DNA from: Zygnema circumcarinatum SAG 698-1b | Taxonomy: Eukaryota; Plantae; Zygnematophyceae | Assembly (NCBI GenBank): GCA_037447605.1 | Contig: CM074814.1 | Coordinates: 310,001 to 374,000 of the forward strand | DNA length: 64,000 bases | Reading direction: 5' to 3' | In this document: in pieces, positions 58,584 through 64,000 of the stretch | Layout: every line of letters begins with the position of its first letter | Position numbering within the stretch: the stretch's first letter is position 1 | Made by a program: the position numbers and the translations under genes | Notes under the pieces: model-generated | The model's input: only the letters and a program-made list of their open reading frames with translations | Told to the model about the DNA's origin: nothing | Database searches by the model: none

Positions 58584-61500
58584 TGTTGGTGGAGGGACTC
58601 CTCCACTGCTGCCGTCCGTTCCTCCATTCGGGTCACCCTCCGTAGGATTGGCGTTCATCATTTCGACTGCTATCTTCAAACTCTCATTCACTCATAACCC
58701 GGCCCCTGCGAAGTGAAATCCCGCGGCAAATAATGCGCGGCGAATAACGAAAATGAAATAGGAAAGCTCACAGCTAAAAACTCCCTTAATAAAATAATTC
58801 ACTCCTTACATTGAGAGATTACTACGCCGAGCGATACCGGCCACTGCCTCGCGGCCAATACAAAACAACAGTAATATGGCGGCTGGCCTGCTGAAGAACA
58901 GCGGCTGAATGAATTGTTTGCCTACAGCAAAAACGATCGCCAAATACTATGTCACTACACACGTGACAACAACATGCTACGAAGCTTCACAACATCGACT
59001 GGCGGCACAGGAAGCTATCGATCCTAATCCCTCTTGTGTCGGCGGATCGCTCACACGAGATCGCTGCTTTACTTTAAAATTAGGATCGACTTCGACCTTA
59101 AGATTCGATCCCATTAACTTTTAGCGCGTAGGATACTGACCTTGCCTCCAAGATAGATGTAGCGTCCCGATCACCGGCGTGCGTCACCAGCGCCGCAAAC
59201 GATTCAGCGCGCGCTCCATTACAATTGTTCTGAATGGCCTTGTAGGCAATCGGCGCCACTTGGCGCGGAATTGCATCGGCCAATCAGTACGCCCAGCGCC
59301 CGCTCGGTTTCGATTATTGCTTGATTTAGCGCGTAAGCGTCCGCATCTTTCAGTCGCTCAGCGTCGTGTCGCGCCCAGCGTCACATTCCGAATAATTAAG
59401 CGTGGCTGCGCTTATAAATGCGGTCGACTCGTAGCGCTCTCCCATAGACAAAAGTGGAAATGCCAGCGCGTCGGTCTAAGCGCCTTGTCGCCGCCAAAGA
59501 CGCTTGCCACAACATACGCGCACAAAACTAATGTCAACTGACAAAGCATGCAGTGACTAACCTAGCATACACTAACGAAGCCCTCTTTGGGACTTTGGTT
59601 TTGCATGGAAACCCGGCCAACCAACGCGATGGCGGCCGAGGGGTTTATACATTAGCTCCTTTGCGTCGGCGTAGCGGCTTGCTCGCCGTACCTCACGGCT
59701 TCGGCGTCGTCCGAGCCGCCTGCACCGGCCAACTCCAGTACGTAGTAGTGCTTTGCTTGGCTGCGATGTTAGCACGGTGAAACTGGTGAGCGCTTACCGG
59801 GTTTCCGCGGTGATCGATGATTGATTATCGGTGAACAAGGTGTCCGGGCGTTGTTCTCTCTTGCATTCATCAAGAAGCTGCTGAAACCACCGCCTCCTTT
59901 GCGGCATGGCCAGTACCCCGTGTACTTCGCCCCTCTTTACGTACTTTCGATAGCCTCTGGGAGTCCTGCCGAGCACGGGAAGCTCAGCGAAATCGCTCGC
60001 CTCCATGCAAGGTGGTAAGGAAACACAGTCGAAGCGTGATGTATCTACTATCGCGCCCCAATGTCGAGTCGTATAGCCAATCCGCTGCGGTTTGTGCCAC
60101 TACCATCTGATCACATAATCGAAGCGTCCTGCCATGTCGATATCGCTTCGCGGCTCGATGCTGCCGAGGCCAGTTATACGTGGCGAATAGGTGGCGGTAC
60201 CGGTACGCTTCGCCCGGTCAGGACGGCGTTCAAATACATGGGCTGCATCAGACTCGATTGCGGACACAATAGACGCGCTGAACATCTTGCATTGCCTGCA
60301 AACGCATTTTCGAAGGTGACGTCTCGCCCGACGATGGCGCTTTATCTCCGTGAGGGGGCGGCTTTAGAATCTTCGTGGCCAGGCAGGGCAGGAAACAGTG
60401 ATGCGTACTTAACACGGCGCAGAATAAAATTTGCCCATCTTTGCCCCCCCTCTTATTTGCGTCAGTCTTGCGCGCAACTGGCGTCGACATCTTGAAATTT
60501 CTGGCGCGACGGCTTCTTCGAGGAGGCGATTCTTTGGCCGAAGGCTCACCATTATGAGATCATCAGCGTGGAGTCGGCGAACATGATGTCCGCCTGCTCT
60601 TGGCGGTGGAATGATACGTTTGAATCGGTGAAACCATTCTCCTCGAAGATCATCTATCTTCTGCGTACCACACTCACGGGCGCACGCTTCAAACCATATA
60701 GGCTCTTCACTAGTCGACAGACTAGGTGTTCCTTTCCTGGGACCACCTTCCCCTCCGGCTGCTCCATGTAGATCTCTTCCGTTAGATCTCCGTACAGGAA
60801 TGCCGTCTTGATGTCCAACTGATGGACATGCATTCCTTCAGCCGCTGCGATGGAAATCAAGGCTCTCAAGGAGTTGAACTTTACCACTGGAGCGAAAGTC
60901 TCCACGTAGTCAACTCCATACTTACGGGCGTATCCCTTGCGCCACTAGCGGCGCCTTGTATGCTGTCCCGCTTGATGCGCCTTCCTCTTGACTTTGAAGA
61001 CCCATTTGCGGCCAATAAGCTCCGCCTCCCTTGGCTGACTCCTCCCAACCTCCGCGTGCGTTCTCTATCAAGGCTGTCCCACTTTTCATTTTATCGATAG
61101 CCACCGCCATTTATTAGCCATCGACTCCGTGCGTGTGCTTCCTCAAGGTCTGTGGTTCCGTGATCATAAAGCAATGGGCAACTCCCACGAGGTCAGCTGA
61201 ATCTGAAGGCACTCTTTCTTGGATGAGGTTGTTCTCAGGCGAGTACCGATCTGGTCGCCTCCTGTCCCGACTGCTCTTCCGAATCTCCTTCGCGCTTCGT
61301 CCTCTCGGATAGAAGTAGAGTCCGGGTACAAAACCTGGAGGCATGTTAGCTAACATAGCCTCTCTCTCGGCCGCTTCAAGGTCCTCTGACTCTTGCGTGT
61401 GCAGCGGCACCGTCTCCACGGAGTTCTCCTCTTCCTCACTCAACTGAGTGTGCACTGGAATCGTCTCCGTCGAATTCTGCGGCTCCTCCGCATGCGCCTC

Positions 61501-64000
61501 CTCTGGCGACTCTCCAACATCAGCAGGCTCGCTTGACGCAGCTGCTGGCTCGGCTCCTTCACTCTGTGATGTGCTGGCATCCTGCACAGTGACATCACGC
61601 TCTCCACTCCGTCTCTCCCTCCTCATACACGATCTCGAAATCCGCTTTCGCTGGAGGAGAGATCTGAGAGTCTGCAACACGCTCAACAGCACTTCCCTCA
61701 TCAACTGTAATGTCCCTCGTGCTCAAGACCTCCTGCTGATCGAGGTTCCCACACCCTATACTCGTCGCATTTTACATTTGGTGTTACCAGCGCGAGAAAC
61801 GCAACCCTCCATTTCGGGGGTCAAACTTCTTCTTACGTGGCCTTGAAATGGAGTCGCGACCCGACATCAGCACGCCAAGGTCCTCGGTGGGGCCTTGGGC
61901 TTCCTCCCTCCACGTCTGCTCTCTGGGACCTGGTCTTTGGGGAAACGAGAGCGGACATCATTTCTAATATGCCTTGCAGCCGGTAAAGCCGCTTCTTCTC
62001 CCAAAGGAAGCTGAAAGGGGAATCAATCAACATGGTCGAGCCATGTCCCCGTATCGATTATAGCTTCGGTACTCCCTTTCTGAGGGAATAGAGAGTGAGA
62101 ATTCATGCCTTATACCCATGAGTTCGCCCGGGAACTCTCTGCGAACTCCTTGATTTGAATTCGCCGCCATTGTCTGAGCGCAAAGCCTTCAGCTTCTGTC
62201 CTGATTCTGTCTCCGCCTGGTTCAGCCAATCTCGAAAGGCTCCGAAAGCCTCTGACTTGTTCTTGAGGAGCGTAATCCAAATCTTCCTCGAGTAATCGTC
62301 GAGGAACGTGACGAAGTAACGTGCTCCGCCGTTGGTCGCCGGTGTAACTGGGCCACACAAAGTCAGAATGTACCAATTCCAACTTTTCTCGTGCTCGATA
62401 GGACTCGTCTCCACTCCTCACGAATGGTCTCCTGTGCGCCTTGCCCTCCACACACTCCTGGCACAACCCAAGCTCCTTCTCCACTGCACCCGGGTCTAGC
62501 CCGCGGACTAGCAACCCCTTCGCGACCAACTGGCATTCCTCTCTATGGTGTAGTGACCAAGTCTTCCTATGCCATACATCTACGGCATTCTGCGGTTGCA
62601 TTGGCATGCTCATAATTCTCCCTCTTATAATCAAGATAGCCAGCCCTCCTCTCTCACCAACCCCTAAGCATTGTCTCCCGGTTTACGTATGGATGGCCGC
62701 ATGACTTCTCCTCCAAATAGAACACTTTGTATCCTTTCTTCACACACTTGGCTACTTGGGGCAGCAGGGAGTGCCTTTTGGCACCGAGGGGTGTGAAACG
62801 TCACCAATTGACCCAACTTCTCTTGTATGTCTTCTTCATTGATGACCGAGCCGTCTCCGAGTATCATCCTCACGGCTCCACCTCTCGTCACGGTGACTCC
62901 TTCACCGGTTGCTGAATGGACTGAGCGTGTCTTCTCCAAGTCGTCGAGCTTGGAGAACATCGATGTGTCTCCGCACATATGCGTAGAAGCGCCGGAATCA
63001 ATCAGCCACGGCCGCTTCGGATCCTCTACCTGAATCCTTCCCACAAACGCATTCTCAGTATTCTCCGCCAGCATGAGGTTGTTCTCAACTGCTACCTTGC
63101 AGTCTGAACTCCTGTGGCCTCTCTTCTTGCATTTGAAGCAAGTGCCACTGAACGCCTTCTTCTCCTTCTTGCCGGATGAAGTCGCGTTTCCTCCCTTCTC
63201 TTGGCTGCCTCTGTTCTTGAAGCAATCGCTGGAGTAGTGGCCGATCTTGCCACACGTATAACACGTAATCGCCGAGCGTTCTCCTCGGGCTGACTTCGGG
63301 GCGCCTCCTCTTCGATTTGGTCGAGTGTGCAACGCAAGCACTTTCTCCTCAGGGCTGCCGACATCCTGAATGGAGTCCTCCTCCTTTATCCTACGCTTGA
63401 CTTGCTCAAGAGTCATGCGTGGTATTAGTGGGAATTTGTCTCAAAGCCGCCAGCGCCACATCATCTTGGGTCAAACCCCGAAACACAAGCATCTTGCCAG
63501 GGTCTGCCTCTAATGGTTTCCCAGGGGCTATGAACCTCTCCATCAGAGCATCAAACCTGACCATATAAGCTTCTAGTTTCTCATCACGAAGTCATCTTCA
63601 TCTTACTTTGGCTAGCGTGTAAAGCGGCGGTCGTCACATTGTCTTTTACATCATACATTTCCTCTAGGCATCTCCACATGGCATGAGAGGTCTTCAGATC
63701 ATAAAGCATAGAGGACGGACTTCCTCTTACGCTCATTACAATCTGCGTCAGGGCCTTGTTGTCCTTGGCTTTCCATCGTGCGAGCGCCACGTCGTGCTCC
63801 GACTGCTGCTCCGCTGAGGCTCCAACCGGTAACTCCGGCGCCTTGATGCTGCCATCAACATACCCAAGCAACCCTTTGCCTACAAGCAAGGGAACCAACC
63901 TCCATCTCCACGCCTTGTAATCCTGCCCATCAAAGGCCGGAATGCTGAACTTGACGTGGTCCTCCGAGTCTCCATGAGCTCTGATACCACTTGTTGGTGG
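58584..64000 (-). mobile_element. Nearly full-length copia element (gag-PR-IN-RT-RH, frameshifted, very noisy at about 59000-60600); the 5' LTR continues beyond the window
   Basis: gag start (F.GQDY..WRW.LVPLLVGKGLLGYVDG), two CCHC knuckles (CYTCGKIGHYSSDC, CFKCKKRGHRSSDC), protease WLIDSGASTH, integrase WH..L.H, C..C, FLDDYSR and LRSDNGGEF, then RT. Confidence 0.9.
63978..63989 (-). promoter_or_regulatory. Primer-binding site complementary to initiator tRNA-Met
   Basis: TGGTATCAGAGC on the minus strand, 2 nt inside the LTR end (...CCAACA). Confidence 0.9.

Noticed and set aside
55821-61400. Single fold-back (missed-adapter) read artefact as the explanation for the palindrome
   Set aside because: The arms differ by synonymous and conservative substitutions, the centre falls exactly at LTR termini, and no adapter sequence is seen. 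The many indels, especially at 59000-60600, may still be sequencing errors.

Overview
This is eukaryotic, plant-lineage (streptophyte-type) genomic DNA: GT-AG introns, (GA/CT)n-rich introns and UTRs, Ty1/copia elements, and four 10-N gaps (6412-6421, 14165-14174, 52590-52599, 55811-55820). The left part holds the 3' half of a copia element, an atypical HSPA12-type Hsp70 gene, a CDPK-family kinase that lacks EF-hands, and an 8-exon coclaurine-N-methyltransferase/CFA-synthase-like gene. From about 21.5 to 55.6 kb lies a mosaic of inverted duplications built from three intron-poor gene types. These are divergent BTB-NPH3 (NRL-like) genes, coiled-coil genes ending in a GIL1/IRKI-type C-terminal domain, and a second HSPA12-type Hsp70. 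That C-terminal domain matches the GrpE nucleotide-exchange-factor head motif (G..FDP...V....G[FY].V...V.P..V). One such gene sits head-to-head with the Hsp70, two sit head-to-head with BTB-NPH3 genes, and one BTB-NPH3 gene is fused in frame to the GrpE-like domain. My main hypothesis, which is inference, is an undescribed, rapidly diversifying module of atypical Hsp70, GrpE-like cofactor and BTB/CUL3 adaptor. The right end has an LTR insertion that truncates a BTB-NPH3 copy, followed by two degraded copia elements joined tail-to-tail. All coordinates, splice sites and alignments were worked out by eye. Family assignments rest on recalled motifs, not database searches.
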